Source of the DNA: an uncultured Chloroflexia bacterium
Lineage (GTDB): Bacteria; Chloroflexota; Limnocylindria; Limnocylindrales; CSP1-4
Assembly: GCA_963712745.1 (NCBI GenBank)
Contig: CAVQJC010000017.1
Span: 160,001-224,000 of the forward strand
Direction of reading: 5' to 3'
DNA length: 64,000 bases
Below the pieces are notes generated by a model. It did no database searches. It was not told where the DNA came from and saw nothing but the letters and a program-made list of their open reading frames with translations. A program made the position numbers and the translations under genes. Below are positions 48,832 to 63,611 of the stretch, piece after piece; position 1 is the first letter of the stretch; each line of letters starts with the position of its first letter.

Positions 48832-50102
48832 ATCTCGACGCGGCGGTGGATCTCGACGCGGCGGCTGGGGGCGCAGACGACATGGCGGTCGGACAGCCAT
48901 TCCCGGTCGGGGTCAACTACTGGCCGCGGCACAAGGCCATGTACTGGTGGAAGGACTTCGAGCGCGACGAGGTCGCTGCCGAGTTCGACGTCATCGCCGC
49001 CCTGGGCATGCGGCTCGTGCGCATCTTCCTGCTGTGGGAGGACTTCCAGCCCACGCCCGACGCTGTCTCGCCGACTGCCCTGGCCGACCTCGAGACGGTC
49101 TGCGACGTGGCTGCCGAGCGTGGCCTCGGCCTGGACGTGACCTTCTTCACCGGCCACATGAGCGGCCCCAACTGGGCGCCGTCGTGGATGCTCGGTGGCG
49201 AGCAGCCGGTGCCCGAGGGGCGGCAGGTCGTGAGCGGGTCAGACCGCGACGCCGGCCCGTATCGCAACCCCTTCGTCGACCCGGCGGTGCTCGACGCTGC
49301 CGAGCTGCAGCTGCGCGAGGTGGTGGGACGCCTGTCGGGTCACCGGGGCGTGTGGGCCTGGAACCTGGGCAACGAGCCCGACAACTTCGCCCTGCCCCCC
49401 TCCGACGGGGCCGGCGCTGCCTGGGCCGCGCGCATGTTCGATGTCATCTCCGAGCTCGACCCCGGGCGCCACCGCACGATAGGGCTGCATTCACCCTCAC
49501 TGATGTCGCTGAACCATCTGCGCGCCGACCAGGTCTTCGCACGGGCCGATTTCTCGGTCATGCACACCTATCCCATCTACGCGAACTTCGGCGACGACGC
49601 GCTCGATCCTGACATCGTGCCTTTCGCCACCGCGCTGACCGCCGCGCTCTCGGGCAAGCCCGCGATGATGGAGGAGTTCGGGGCCTGCACGGCGCCGCCG
49701 GGTTCGGACACCGTCACCTGGAGTTGGCAGGCACCGTACCGCTCTCACGACCAGATCATGCTCTCCGAGGAAGCGCTGGCCGACCACCTGGCCGAGGTGC
49801 TGCCGCGGCTGGTCGAGGTCGGCTCCACCGGCGCGCTGGTGTGGTGCTTCGCCGACTATCACCCGGATCTGTGGGACCGGCCACCCTGTGACCACCAGCG
49901 GCACGAGCGTCACTTCGGGCTGGTCCGGCCGGACGGGTCGCTCAAGCCGCACGCCCGCGTGATGGCTGACTTCGTCGCCTCGGGGCCCACCATCTCGGCA
50001 CCCTCGGCGCGGGCCCGTATCGAGGTCGATGCGCAGGCGTTCTACAAGGATCCGGCCGCGGCCCTGCCCGGCCTCTACGCTGCGTTCAAGGAGGGACGAT
50101 GA
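48828..50102 (+). CDS. GH5-like glycoside hydrolase (beta-mannanase/mannosidase-like)
   Basis: GVNYWPR, WNLGNEP acid/base, H.YP and MEEFG nucleophile. Confidence 0.85.
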   Translation: MNLDAAVDLDAAAGGADDMAVGQPFPVGVNYWPRHKAMYWWKDFERDEVAAEFDVIAALGMRLVRIFLLWEDFQPTPDAVSPTALADLETVCDVAAERGLGLDVTFFTGHMSGPNWAPSWMLGGEQPVPEGRQVVSGSDRDAGPYRNPFVDPAVLDAAELQLREVVGRLSGHRGVWAWNLGNEPDNFALPPSDGAGAAWAARMFDVISELDPGRHRTIGLHSPSLMSLNHLRADQVFARADFSVMHTYPIYANFGDDALDPDIVPFATALTAALSGKPAMMEEFGACTAPPGSDTVTWSWQAPYRSHDQIMLSEEALADHLAEVLPRLVEVGSTGALVWCFADYHPDLWDRPPCDHQRHERHFGLVRPDGSLKPHARVMADFVASGPTISAPSARARIEVDAQAFYKDPAAALPGLYAAFKEGR

Positions 50103-50458
50103 GCGAGCCGCAGCAGATGCACGTCGAGCGATCGCCGCTGCACGTGCGCGACGTACCCGGGCGGAGCCGGTACGAGGCCAGGCTGGGCGACGACGAGGAG
50201 ATCGCTGGCCTCCTCGACTATGCCCTGGGCAAGGGCTGGATCGCCCTGGTGCACACCGAGGTGCGGGATGGGTTCGAGGGTCAGGGCGTGGGCAGCCGGC
50301 TGGTTCGCGCGGTCCTGGCCGACCTGCGCGAGCGCGGCCTGCCGGTCATCCCCAAGTGCCCCTTCGTGGTCGGCTGGCTGCAGCGCCATCCCGAGCAGCA
50401 CGACGTTCTCTACCGCCCGCTCGAGGCGCCCGAGCCAGACGAGCCGGCACCCGCCTAG
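50099..50458 (+). CDS. GNAT family acetyltransferase (YjdJ-like)
   Basis: HTEV..FEGQGVG..L..VIPKCPFV. Confidence 0.88.
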   Translation: MSEPQQMHVERSPLHVRDVPGRSRYEARLGDDEEIAGLLDYALGKGWIALVHTEVRDGFEGQGVGSRLVRAVLADLRERGLPVIPKCPFVVGWLQRHPEQHDVLYRPLEAPEPDEPAPA

Positions 50459-50461
50459 CCT

Positions 50462-51136
50462 TCAACGAGTCGTGTCGGCGAGAGCCCGCACGTTGTCCGG
50501 TTCGTCGATGGCCGGCCCCATCCGTGGATCCGCCTGCGGCCGTCCGATGCTCGTTGACACCGGCAGCACGCCGGCCCAGACGGGCCAGTCATAGTCGTCT
50601 TCCTCGTCGACCGGTGGCCCGGTGCGGATCTTGGTGGAGGCGTGCTCGAGCGGCAGGCGCAGCACGGCGGTCTGCCTGATCTCCGCCTCGGTCGTGGGTC
50701 GCAGCTGTTCTCCACGCCCCGGCACCAGACGATCGACGAAGACCTCCAGCGCGCGTGCTCTCTCGAGTGCATCGGTTATGGCCTCGGCCACGCCGTGGAT
50801 CACCACCGAGCGGTAGTTCAGCGAGTGGTGGAAGGCGGACCGCGCCAGCACCAGGCCGTCGAGCAGGGTCATCTCGACGCAGACCGGCTGCCCGCGTCCG
50901 CGCCTCACGGTGCCGCTGGCCGACGCTCCGTGCAGCAGGAGATGATCCCCGTCGCGGATCGCGAGCATGGGGATGACCACGGGCTTGCCGTCTCGGATGG
51001 TGCCGACGTGCGCGATGAGGGCGGCATCGACGATCTGGTGGACGGTCGCGCGATCGTAGCCGGCGCGCGCGGCCACGCGGCGGACGCGCAGATCTTCGCT
51101 GGGTGGCCCCGGTGCGGAGGCGCGTTCGTTGGTCAT
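50462..51136 (-). CDS. Pyridoxamine 5'-phosphate oxidase family flavin-binding protein
   Basis: DGLVLARSAFHHSLNYRSV, KIRTGPP and WAGVLP motifs. Confidence 0.9.
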   Translation of the reverse strand: MTNERASAPGPPSEDLRVRRVAARAGYDRATVHQIVDAALIAHVGTIRDGKPVVIPMLAIRDGDHLLLHGASASGTVRRGRGQPVCVEMTLLDGLVLARSAFHHSLNYRSVVIHGVAEAITDALERARALEVFVDRLVPGRGEQLRPTTEAEIRQTAVLRLPLEHASTKIRTGPPVDEEDDYDWPVWAGVLPVSTSIGRPQADPRMGPAIDEPDNVRALADTTR

Positions 51137-51191
51137 GAGTGCTACAGCCTACGCGAGGTTCGCGACGCGGACGTGCGACCATCGAGCCCAC

Positions 51192-51956
51192 ATGCCATCG
51201 ATCATCACGGCCAACGGGCTCGACATCAGCTACACCGCCGAGGGCGAGGGCCCGCCGTTGCTGCTGCTGCACGCGGCGACCTCATCGGGGACCGAGGACT
51301 GGGCCGCCCAACGCCCGGTCCTACGGCGTCACTTCAGGCTCTACCTGCCCGATGCCCGCGGCCACGCCGCCACGCGCTGGGATCCCGAACAGGGCTGGAG
51401 TCACGAGATGCTGCTGGACGATGCCCTGGCCTTCGCCGACGCACTGGGTCTGGGGCGCTTGCGCGTGGGCGGGTTGTCGATGGGGGCGACGACGGCGCTG
51501 GCGCTGGCGATGACACATCCCGAGCGCATCATCTCCGCCGTCGTGGCAGCAGCGGGCGTGGAGCGGGAACCGCGTTCGAGCGTGGCCCGGCGGTTGATGG
51601 ATCCCGAGCGGATCGAGCGCGAGGATCCGGGCTGGGCGCGCCGGCAGGCGCGCCGGCACGACCCGGTCCAGGGAGCCGGCGCCTGGAGGCGGCTGATGGT
51701 GGCCATCCGCGAGGACATCCTCAGGCAGCGCCCGCCGACGCCCGAGGAGCTCCGGCGAGCGCGGCTGCCCATCCTGCTGGCCTACGGCGACCGGGACCCG
51801 TGGGTGCCTCTCGAGCAGGCTGTGGCCCTGCGACGACAGCTGCCCGACGCCCGCCTCTTCGTCGCGCCCGGTGTTGGCCATGTAGTCGTCGCCGAGCGAC
51901 CGTCTGCCTTCAACACGCTGGTGTCGCAGTTCCTGCGCTCGGCCGGGCCGGAGTAG
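51192..51956 (+). CDS. Alpha/beta fold hydrolase
   Basis: [25 protein letters not shown] and GH motifs. Confidence 0.9.
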   Translation: MPSIITANGLDISYTAEGEGPPLLLLHAATSSGTEDWAAQRPVLRRHFRLYLPDARGHAATRWDPEQGWSHEMLLDDALAFADALGLGRLRVGGLSMGATTALALAMTHPERIISAVVAAAGVEREPRSSVARRLMDPERIEREDPGWARRQARRHDPVQGAGAWRRLMVAIREDILRQRPPTPEELRRARLPILLAYGDRDPWVPLEQAVALRRQLPDARLFVAPGVGHVVVAERPSAFNTLVSQFLRSAGPE

Positions 51957-51966
51957 CATCGGCCGC

Positions 51967-53202
51967 GTGACACGTGATCCGCAACGTCGGCTCCGGGAGG
52001 TTTGGATCGTCGACGCGCTCCGAACGCCCATCGGCCGTCGTGGTGGGGCGTTGAGTCGCGTCCGACCGGACGACCTGGCGGCGCTGGTCGTCGGCGCGGC
52101 CGTCGAGCGCAGCGGCGTCGACCCCTCGGCTGTCGATGACGTCGTCCTCGGCAACGCCAACGGGGCGGGCGAGGACAATCGCAACGTCGCGCGTATGGCT
52201 GTGCTCCTGGCAGGCTTGCCCGTGGAGGTCGCGGGTCAAACGGTCAACCGCCTCTGTGGTTCGGGTCTGCAAGCGGTCAACTCCGCAGCGCACGCCATCA
52301 TGGCCGGCGATGCCGAGGTCATGGTGGCCGGCGGCGTCGAGTCCATGAGCCGTGCCCCCATGGTCGAGCTGAAGCCGGGACCCGACGCTCCGGACGCCGG
52401 ACCGGAGCGAGCCGACTCCACCCTCGGCTGGCGGTTCGTCAATCCCCGCCTGGAGGAGCGCTACCCGGTCGTGACACTGGGGGAGACGGCCGAGATGGTG
52501 GCCGACCTCTGGGGCGTCAGCCGCGAGCAGCAGGACGCCTTCGCGCTCGAGAGCCAGAGACGGGTGGCCGCGGCTATCGAGGCGGGGCAATTCGACGACC
52601 AGATCGTGCCCGTGGCAGTGCCGGCGGCGGATGGGCGGCCCGGCCTCGTCGATCGGGATGAGCATCCACGCCCCGAAAGCAGCAGCGAGGCCCTGGCCGC
52701 GTTGGAACCGGTCTTCCGCGAGGGCGGCACCGTCACGGCCGGCAACGCCTCAGGCATCAACGACGGTGCAGCCGCACTCGTCCTTGTCGAGGCCGATCGC
52801 GCTCGAGCGCTCGGCCTGAGGCCGATGGCGCGCATCGTCAGTACCGCTGTCGCGGGCGTGGATCCATCGGTCATGGGCATGGGCCCCGTGCCGGCCACGC
52901 GCAAGGCCCTGGAGCGGGCTGGACTTTCGGTCGGCGACCTTGACCTCATCGAGCTCAACGAGGCTTTCGCCAGCCAGTCGGTCGCCTGCATCGCCGAGCT
53001 CGGGCTCGATCCCGGCAGGGTCAACGTCAACGGCGGCGCCATCGCCCTGGGACACCCGCTGGGCATGAGCGGCGCGCGGCTCATGGTCATGCTCGTGCAC
53101 GAGTTGAAGGCCCGCGATGCACGCTACGGGCTGGCCACCATGTGCATCGGCGTGGGCCAGGGTATCGCCACCGTCGTCGAGAACGTCGAGGTCGGTGACT
53201 AG
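51967..53202 (+). CDS. Acetyl-CoA C-acyltransferase (PcaF/PaaJ-like thiolase)
   Basis: NRLCGSG, NEAFA, GHPLG and CIGVGQG motifs. Confidence 0.95.
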   Translation: MTRDPQRRLREVWIVDALRTPIGRRGGALSRVRPDDLAALVVGAAVERSGVDPSAVDDVVLGNANGAGEDNRNVARMAVLLAGLPVEVAGQTVNRLCGSGLQAVNSAAHAIMAGDAEVMVAGGVESMSRAPMVELKPGPDAPDAGPERADSTLGWRFVNPRLEERYPVVTLGETAEMVADLWGVSREQQDAFALESQRRVAAAIEAGQFDDQIVPVAVPAADGRPGLVDRDEHPRPESSSEALAALEPVFREGGTVTAGNASGINDGAAALVLVEADRARALGLRPMARIVSTAVAGVDPSVMGMGPVPATRKALERAGLSVGDLDLIELNEAFASQSVACIAELGLDPGRVNVNGGAIALGHPLGMSGARLMVMLVHELKARDARYGLATMCIGVGQGIATVVENVEVGD

Positions 53203-53284
53203 CCGGGGCCAGCCGGATCGAGGCGGAGCGGGAACATCGCTACTGGACGGGTTGCGGCTGCGAGTGAGCCCGCGCGCTCGGGTG

Positions 53285-53866
53285 CTAGTACCGCTTGCCG
53301 TAGAAGTCGTAGACGACCATGACCACGCCGTGACGGTAGGCCACGCCCACGCCCACGCTCTTGTAGCCGCCATTCTTGATGTTGCGCCAGTGGCCACCGT
53401 TGACCGCGTGCTCAGCCTGGAACATGCGGTGCGTCTTGAGCACGACCTGCTTGGGTGAGCCAGAGCCCCAGCCGCAGCCGACGTTCTCGCCGTAGTAGCC
53501 GTAGCCGAAGCCCTTGGCCGCCAAGCGGACGCCCAGGTCCGGCTTGCCCGCGATGCTGTGACCGCAGACCTCGTACTGGACCATGTTCCGCGCCCACTTG
53601 AAGGCGACCTTCTTGCTGATGCCCGTGTGCCGGCGCAACGGCGCTCGATAGGTCGAGTGCTTGCCGCTACCACGACCGACGCAGGTGCCGTCGGACTTGA
53701 CCCAGCCGCCGGTGCGGGTGCAGTTCATGAGGCTGACGGCGTACTTCTCGGCGCCCCAATGGCGCTTGACGGTGTCGGCGGCGGACGCAGGTGCGGCCGT
53801 CGCGACGGCCATGGCCAGGCCCAGGCCGAGCGCGAGTGAAGTCGCGCGTCCAAGTCCGCGAGTCAT
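53285..53866 (-). CDS. Secreted CAP/SCP domain protein
   Basis: Signal peptide, N.TR, H, GENVG, GHWRNI and VGVGV. Confidence 0.8.
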   Translation of the reverse strand: MTRGLGRATSLALGLGLAMAVATAAPASAADTVKRHWGAEKYAVSLMNCTRTGGWVKSDGTCVGRGSGKHSTYRAPLRRHTGISKKVAFKWARNMVQYEVCGHSIAGKPDLGVRLAAKGFGYGYYGENVGCGWGSGSPKQVVLKTHRMFQAEHAVNGGHWRNIKNGGYKSVGVGVAYRHGVVMVVYDFYGKRY

Positions 53867-54104
53867 GTCCGCAGGTTGCCCGCGAGGACCGCCGTGGCCC
53901 ATCACCCGGGCGTACGGCTCGCCACCGCGGCAGACTGCCCCTCCACGCACAACCAGGCCCGCCGGCCCCCGGTATCAGCGCCTCCCCGAGGGTCCCCCAC
54001 GAACGAGCGCTTGCTCAATCCTTAGCGTCTGGGTAGGATTTAGACCGGCAGTCGGCGATCCAGCTGGCCGCCTCAGTCGATCCAGTCCCGGAGGTCCTCA
54101 CTCG

Positions 54105-54527
54105 ATGCTCGAGACGCAGCCCCAGACCCCACAGACCGTCCCGGCCGCCGAGCCCGAGGTCGCCCCCCTCGTCACACTCTCGGACGCAGCCGTGGCCAGG
54201 CTCACCGAGCTGACCAAGGACGAGGCCGACCCCAACGTCGGCTTGCGCGTCTACGTCTACAGCGGTGGCTGCAGCGGCTATCGCTACGGCATGATGCTCG
54301 AGGACCAGCCGGCCGAGGAGGACGTCAAGGTCACCTCCAAGGGCATCAATGTCTACGTCGATCCGCAGTCCACCAAGTTACTGCAGGGCTCGGAGATCGA
54401 CTACGTCGACACGCTCATGGGGGCCGGCTTCACGGTCAACAACCCCAACGCCGTCTCCGGCTGCGGCTGCGGTAGCAGCTTCCGCACCGAGGAATCGGCC
54501 GGGGCCCCGGGAGCCTGCGGCCACTGA
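54105..54527 (+). CDS. A-type Fe-S carrier (IscA/ErpA/HesB)
   Basis: LRVYV.GGCSG and NPNA..CGCGSSF motifs. Confidence 0.93.
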   Translation: MLETQPQTPQTVPAAEPEVAPLVTLSDAAVARLTELTKDEADPNVGLRVYVYSGGCSGYRYGMMLEDQPAEEDVKVTSKGINVYVDPQSTKLLQGSEIDYVDTLMGAGFTVNNPNAVSGCGCGSSFRTEESAGAPGACGH

Positions 54528-54605
54528 TCGGCTGACCGACCTCCGCTCCTGGGAGGGCGGGCCCGCCAGGGCTCGCCTTTCTGATTCCATGCGACGATTC
54601 GATTC

Positions 54606-55469
54606 GTGACCCAGATCCCGCTCTTCCCGCTGCGCTCCGTGCTCTGTCCGGGCGTGGCCTTGCCGCTGCACATCTTCGAGGAGCGCTATCGCCTCATGGT
54701 CAATCGCTGCATCGAGCGCGACGAGCCCTTCGGCGTGATCCTGCTGCGTGAAGGACATGAGGTCGGGCCCCTCCGCGGCGAGGTCGCCTCGGTGGGCACG
54801 ACCGCCGTCATCCGACGTGCAGGCACCTATCCCGACGGGCGACTCGACATCCTCACGGTGGGCCAGCAGCGCTTCCGCCTCGACGGCGTCGACAACGTCT
54901 CCCAGCCCTACCTCGTCGGCCGGGTGAGCCTGCTCGAGGAGCCGACCGGCCCGGAGCCGGAGCTCAGCGTCCGCGCCGAACGCGTCGGCCGCCGCTTCCT
55001 CGAGTATCTCGAGCTGCTGCAGCCCGAAGGCGTGTCCGACGGACCGGAGATCGAGATCGAGTTCGAGATCGACGTCGAGGGCGACGACGAGCCCGAGGGT
55101 CGCGGAAGTGCCGTCCCAGCAGAGGCCCCCGACGACCGCGCCGGCAGTGCCGAGGGCCCGGCCGACGCAGCCGAGCTCGTGGTGCAGGAGCTCGACGCGG
55201 CGGATCTGCCGCCCGAACAGCGGCGCGAGCTGCTCATGTCCGCGGCCCGACGCCTGACCGGTACCGACGACCATACGGCTCTCTCGTACGTGCTCACCGC
55301 GCTCATCCAGGTCGACCTGACGGCCCGCCAGGAGCTGCTCGAGATGCCCGATACGATCTCTCGGCTGGTCCGCCTCGAGGCCATGCTCTCGCGCGAGAGC
55401 TGGTTCCTCAGGCAGGGCCTGCGGCCCATCATCGTCGATCCGGGGCAGGGCCGCGGTCAACGCGGCTGA
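54606..55469 (+). CDS. LON peptidase substrate-binding domain protein with an acidic insertion
   Basis: IPLFPL..LPLHIFEERY..PFGV..VGT..G.QRF. Confidence 0.88.
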   Translation: MTQIPLFPLRSVLCPGVALPLHIFEERYRLMVNRCIERDEPFGVILLREGHEVGPLRGEVASVGTTAVIRRAGTYPDGRLDILTVGQQRFRLDGVDNVSQPYLVGRVSLLEEPTGPEPELSVRAERVGRRFLEYLELLQPEGVSDGPEIEIEFEIDVEGDDEPEGRGSAVPAEAPDDRAGSAEGPADAAELVVQELDAADLPPEQRRELLMSAARRLTGTDDHTALSYVLTALIQVDLTARQELLEMPDTISRLVRLEAMLSRESWFLRQGLRPIIVDPGQGRGQRG

Positions 55470-55561
55470 AGCCCGCTCCGGCACACCAAGAAGCCTCGCC
55501 CACACCAAGAAGCCCCGTCGCCGGTGCCTGCACCGAACGACGGGGCCTGGTAGGTGGGGCG

Positions 55562-56652
55562 CTAGCCCTGCGGCCAGCTGGCGGGTGGTTGTCCGTCCTG
55601 TGGTGGCCACTGACCCCCCTGGGCCGGTGGCGGCGCGTACGGTGGCGGCGCGTACGGCGGCGGCGCGTACGGTGGCGGCGCACCTGCATCGGCTGCCCGT
55701 AGGGCATGCCCCCGTAGCCCGGAGGCACGGGCGGAACGCCACCGCCGCGCAGGACGCGCCAGCCGGCCAGGGTCACCGCGCCGGTGCCGAAGATGCCTGC
55801 CAGCAGCGGGACCACGCCGGTCCAGGACAGCAGCATCAGGATGAGCACGCCCAGGAACGCCGCGCCGTAGGGCCGCCTGGCCGTGCGGGCGCGAGGCAGG
55901 ATGCGCTCGCCGATCCAGGTGCCTACCACGACCTGGCCGAGGAAGACCACCAGGCCCCAGACCACGAGCAGGCCGATGGCCAGCGGGATGCCCACGATGG
56001 TGGCAACAAGCAGCCCGAAGACGAGCGACGGGATGACCAGCATCAACAGGCCCACGACGATGGTCTTGAGCACGTCGTTGCTGATGGTGGCTCCAGCGCG
56101 GCGGGTCTGATCGGTGCCGAAGGCGATGACCAGCAGCGTCATCGCCAGCATCGCGATGAAGGCGCCGATGGCCACGAAGATGATGACCACGATGAGCAGC
56201 GCGACGACTGCCGCCAGGGCGCCCACGAGCTCGTCCTGGGCGTCGGCGACCTCACCGGTCACGGTCACGGTCGCTTCGTCGATGCTGACCTCGGTGCCGC
56301 TGTAGAAGGCATCACCGACCGTTGCGCCCTGGTCGATGGTGAGGCTGCCGGAGATGGTAAAGATCCTCTCGATGGCGGCGGTGGAGCCACGGACGGTGAC
56401 ATCCGCATCGACGGCTACGAGGCTCTCCACGTTGCCCTCGATGAGCGCGGCGCCGTCGACGATGACGATGCCGTCCGCCTGGTCGGTGGGTCCGACCGCG
56501 ACGTCGCGCTTGATGCTGACGACGACGCTGTCGTCCTCATTGGCCAGCAGCCAACCCTTGTTCTCTTCCTCGACCTGGGCGGCCGCCGGCAGTGCGCCGA
56601 TCAGCAGCACGGTCATCGCGAGCAGCAACGCTCGCAGCACGTTCCGTTGCAT
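55562..56652 (-). CDS. Membrane protein with bactofilin-like N-domain, multiple TM segments and Pro-rich tail; 1-nt frameshift near 55684
   Basis: Restoring one base gives ..MQGAPPPYAPPPYAPPPYAPPPAQGGQWPPQDGQPPASWPQG* (TAG at 55562). 15-bp tandem repeat at 55626-55681. Confidence 0.7.
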
Positions 56653-57004
56653 CTGGACCCCTCTCTGCTCTGGTTGTCATGCCAGCGTACCCGCGATGGG
56701 TGCAGTCGGCCAGCCGGGCAGCCCCCGTCCCCTGCTGGGGCTAGCCTCACTCTCCCGATTCCTGCTGGCCTCCACGCACCACCGGGCCCTGCAGCCAGGG
56801 TCGGCAGGGGCCGCTCGCCTCTCCAGGAGGTGACCGCTCACCCGCCCCACGGGGGGCCTAGTGGCCCTGCCGCTGACCCCGCATCAGCGGGCACACTATC
56901 CTCGACCCGCGGCCTCCCCCTTGGCCGCGGGACTGATCCCTGACCCGAGTCCACCCAACGGAGATCCGGGTGTCCAAAGCCCACGTATCAAGGAGGCCTG
57001 ACAC

Positions 57005-60636
<3,632 letters not shown>

Positions 60637-60640
<4 letters not shown>

Positions 60641-61665
60641 CCGTCGATCTCAGCACCCGCTACCTGGGGCTCGAGCTTCGCTCACCGCTCGTCGTCTCAG
60701 CCAACCCGCTGACCCGCGATCCAGTCGTGGTCGCCGAGTTCGAGGAAGCCGGCGCTGGTGCCATCGTCATGCCCTCGCTCTTCGAAGAGGAGATCGAGAA
60801 CGAAGAGATCGAGCTGGCGGCATCGCTCGACCAGGGGACCGAGGGTTTCGCCGAGGCGCTCGACTACTTCCCCGAGGTCGACACCTTCATCGGTGAGGGC
60901 GACCGCTACCTGCGCGCGCTCGACCGCATCAAGGGCCAGGCTTCGGTGCCCATCATCGCCAGCCTCAACGCCAACTCGGTGGGCGGCTGGGTCCGTTTCG
61001 CCAGGCTCATGGCCGATGCCGGCGCCGATGCCCTGGAGCTGAACCTCTACCGCATCACCGTCGACCGCACCAGGAGCGCGGCCGACGTGGAGGAGGAGGA
61101 CCTCGATCTCATCGCGGCCGTGCGGGCCGCGGTCAACCTGCCCCTGGCGGTCAAGCTGAGCCCGTACTACTCGGCGCTGGCGAACTTCGCCGGCAAGGTG
61201 GTGGAGGCCGGAGCCAACGGGCTCGTGCTCTTCAACCGCTTCTACCAGCCGGACATCGACCTCGACGAGCTGGCGGTGGTGCCGCGGGTGAGCCTGAGCC
61301 ACCCCTCGGAGTTGCGCCTGCCGATGCGCTGGACCGCCATCCTGCGTCCGCAGCTGGGTCCGGAGGTCGCCATCGCGGCCACGTCCGGCATCCACAGCGG
61401 CGCGGACGCGATCAAGGCCCTGATGGTCGGTGCCGACGTGGCCATGCTGGCCTCGGCCGTGCTGCGCGACGGACCCCGCAAGATCGCCGATATCGAGGAC
61501 GAGATGCGGACTTGGCTCGTGGAGAACGAGTACAGCTCTGTGACCCAGCTGCGCGGTTCGGCCAGCCAGGGCAGCGTCGAGGATCCGGGCACGTTCGAAC
61601 GCGCCCAGTACATCCGCACCCTGCACTCCTGGAGCGCCCCGGCGAACCTGACGGCCCGGGCGTAG
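60637..61665 (+). CDS. Dihydroorotate dehydrogenase-like flavoprotein
   Basis: LSTRYLGLEL.SP, SLFEE, ALELN, VKLSP and FNRFYQPD motifs. GTGA-coupled to nifJ. Confidence 0.88.
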
Positions 61666-61689
61666 ACGCTACCTCCTCCGCAGCCCATC

Positions 61690-61718
61690 AGAGCGCCCGG
61701 CAGCACGCCGGGCGCTCT
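61690..61718. terminator. Hairpin terminator
   Basis: agagcgcccggc-agcac-gccgggcgctct. Confidence 0.7.
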
Positions 61719-61813
61719 TCGAATCGGCCTACTCGCCGAGCAGGCGTGCGCACGGCGCGACCTGCTGAAGGGAGCAGGCCGCCTGGGGCCAGCTAGCTGT
61801 ACGTGCGGCCGTC

Positions 61814-62254
61814 TCAGTCGGTCGGGGAGAGAGCCGCGACCGAGCGCAGGACGAAGCGGGTCTCGGTCTCGGATACGAGGCCGTGGGCCTTGAGCTCGCC
61901 CAGGAGTCGGTCGACGGCAGCGAGGTCCTCGAAGTGGCCGGCCACGAGATAGTCGTGCTGACCGGTGACGTGGTGAGCCTCGGTGATCGCCTCGTGCAGC
62001 GCGAGCTCCGATTCGAAACGCTCACCGCGGACCCCCGGTGCGAGCTTGACGTCGATATACGCATGGATGGGGCGGCCAAGCGCAGCCCAGTCGCGGCGCA
62101 CCGCGAAGCCGGTGATGACACCAGCCCGTTGCAGGCGACGCACCCGTTCGGCCGCCGCGTTGGGGGAGAGGTGCACGGCCGCCGCCAGCTCGCCCCAGCG
62201 CATGCGGCCATTGGCATCCAGAGCACGGAGGATATCTCGGTCGATACGGTCCAT
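61814..62254 (-). CDS. Lrp/AsnC family transcriptional regulator
   Basis: MDRIDRDIL..R..LA..V.LS..RVRRL..GVI and TGQHDY. Divergent from lysE. Confidence 0.93.
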   Translation of the reverse strand: MDRIDRDILRALDANGRMRWGELAAAVHLSPNAAAERVRRLQRAGVITGFAVRRDWAALGRPIHAYIDVKLAPGVRGERFESELALHEAITEAHHVTGQHDYLVAGHFEDLAAVDRLLGELKAHGLVSETETRFVLRSVAALSPTD

Positions 62255-62335
62255 AGCTGAGATTATCTCAGCCTGTGCTCGAATCGTGTCGGTAGTCCGC
62301 GACTATTGCTGCGGGATGACCGTCAGGATGGGTAC

Positions 62336-62956
62336 ATGAGTCCGACCGCGGTCCTTGGCTTCGCCGCCGTGTCGGTGGCCATCATCGTGGTGCCCGGTCC
62401 CAGCGTCCTCTTCGCGGTCGGTCGCGCCATCGCCGTCGGCCAGCGGCGGGCGCTCTTGACGGTACTCGGCAACGCCATGGGGCTGTTCCTGCAGGTCGTG
62501 GTCGTGGCTCTTGGCCTCGGTGTCATCGTCACCGCCTCGGCCGGGGTCTACGCCCTGGTGAAGCTCTTGGGGGCGGCCTACCTCGTCTGGCTCGGTCTCA
62601 GCGCCATCCGCAACCGTGCCGAGGCCTCGTCGCCGTTCGACTCAGAGGCCAACAAGGACCCGTCGCGGCCGCTGCTCGACGGGCTGGTGGTCGGGGCAAG
62701 CAACCCCAAGTCCCTCGTCTTCCTGGCCGCACTGCTCCCCCAGTCGGTCGACCCCACAGCTGGCGCCGTGGCCGCCCAGATGATGCTGCTGGGGGCGGTC
62801 TTCTGCGCCATCGCCCTTGTCTGCGATGGCGCCTGGGCCCTGGCCGCGGCACGGGCCCGCTCGTGGTTTGCGACCGATCCCAGTCGGCTCGCAGGGCTGT
62901 CGCTGGCCGGAGGGCTGGTGATGGTGGGGCTGGGCCTGCTGCTGGCGGCGAGTTAG
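62336..62956 (+). CDS. LysE/RhtB family amino-acid exporter
   Basis: PGPS, GAAYLVWLG and NPK motifs. Confidence 0.93.
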   Translation: MSPTAVLGFAAVSVAIIVVPGPSVLFAVGRAIAVGQRRALLTVLGNAMGLFLQVVVVALGLGVIVTASAGVYALVKLLGAAYLVWLGLSAIRNRAEASSPFDSEANKDPSRPLLDGLVVGASNPKSLVFLAALLPQSVDPTAGAVAAQMMLLGAVFCAIALVCDGAWALAAARARSWFATDPSRLAGLSLAGGLVMVGLGLLLAAS

Positions 62957-63546
62957 CGCACGCCCTCGCGCGAGGTTCGTGCCTGCCACTCCGCGGCCAG
63001 GATGCCCATGGTCAGCTCATCCCAGCGCCGGCCGTCGCGCACGATGGCCTCGCGGTGGCGTCCCTCGACCGCGAACCCGGCCTTCTCGTAGCTGCGGACA
63101 GCGCGGACGTTGAAGTCGAAGACCGAGAGCGCCACCCGGTGCAGACCGATTCGCTCGAAGGCCAGCCACAACATCAGCTCGGTCGCCTCGGTGCCATAGC
63201 CCATGCCCCAGACGTCGGGTTCGCCGATGCTGATGTGGAACAGCGCTGAGCTGTTGTCGGGGTCCATGTTGCTGAAGGTCGTGGAGCCGATGAGCCGCCC
63301 GCCGTCGCGCACGGTGATGGCGTAGCCGACCTGTTCGGACGACATCAGGCGGCTGTGGAAGAAGCGGTCGATGTCATCGTCGCTCATCGGCCGCAGCGAG
63401 TAGCGGGTGAGGCGGGCCAGCTCGGGATCGCGGTACCAGCGCCGCACGGCCCCGAGGTCCTCGTGACGATGGTGGCGCAGCACTATGCCGGAGCCGGGGA
63501 TCGTGGCGGGATGCCAGACCTGCCGCTGCTGCTCGACTGTGACCAT
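62953..63546 (-). CDS. RimJ/RimL-type GNAT acetyltransferase
   Basis: WGMGYGTEA..LHRV.L.V..N.RA..YEKAGF..EG..R. Confidence 0.9.
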   Translation of the reverse strand: MVTVEQQRQVWHPATIPGSGIVLRHHRHEDLGAVRRWYRDPELARLTRYSLRPMSDDDIDRFFHSRLMSSEQVGYAITVRDGGRLIGSTTFSNMDPDNSSALFHISIGEPDVWGMGYGTEATELMLWLAFERIGLHRVALSVFDFNVRAVRSYEKAGFAVEGRHREAIVRDGRRWDELTMGILAAEWQARTSREGVR

Positions 63547-63611
63547 CGGCGCCGATGCTAACCCACCCACAGCGCCCCGGGGCGCTGCCCCCGCCGCTCT
63601 ACGATGTACCG

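Noticed and set aside
48832-48865. Short tandem duplication (atctcgacgcggcgg twice) at the GH5 N-terminus
   Set aside because: Only two copies in a non-conserved extension, consistent with simple slippage.
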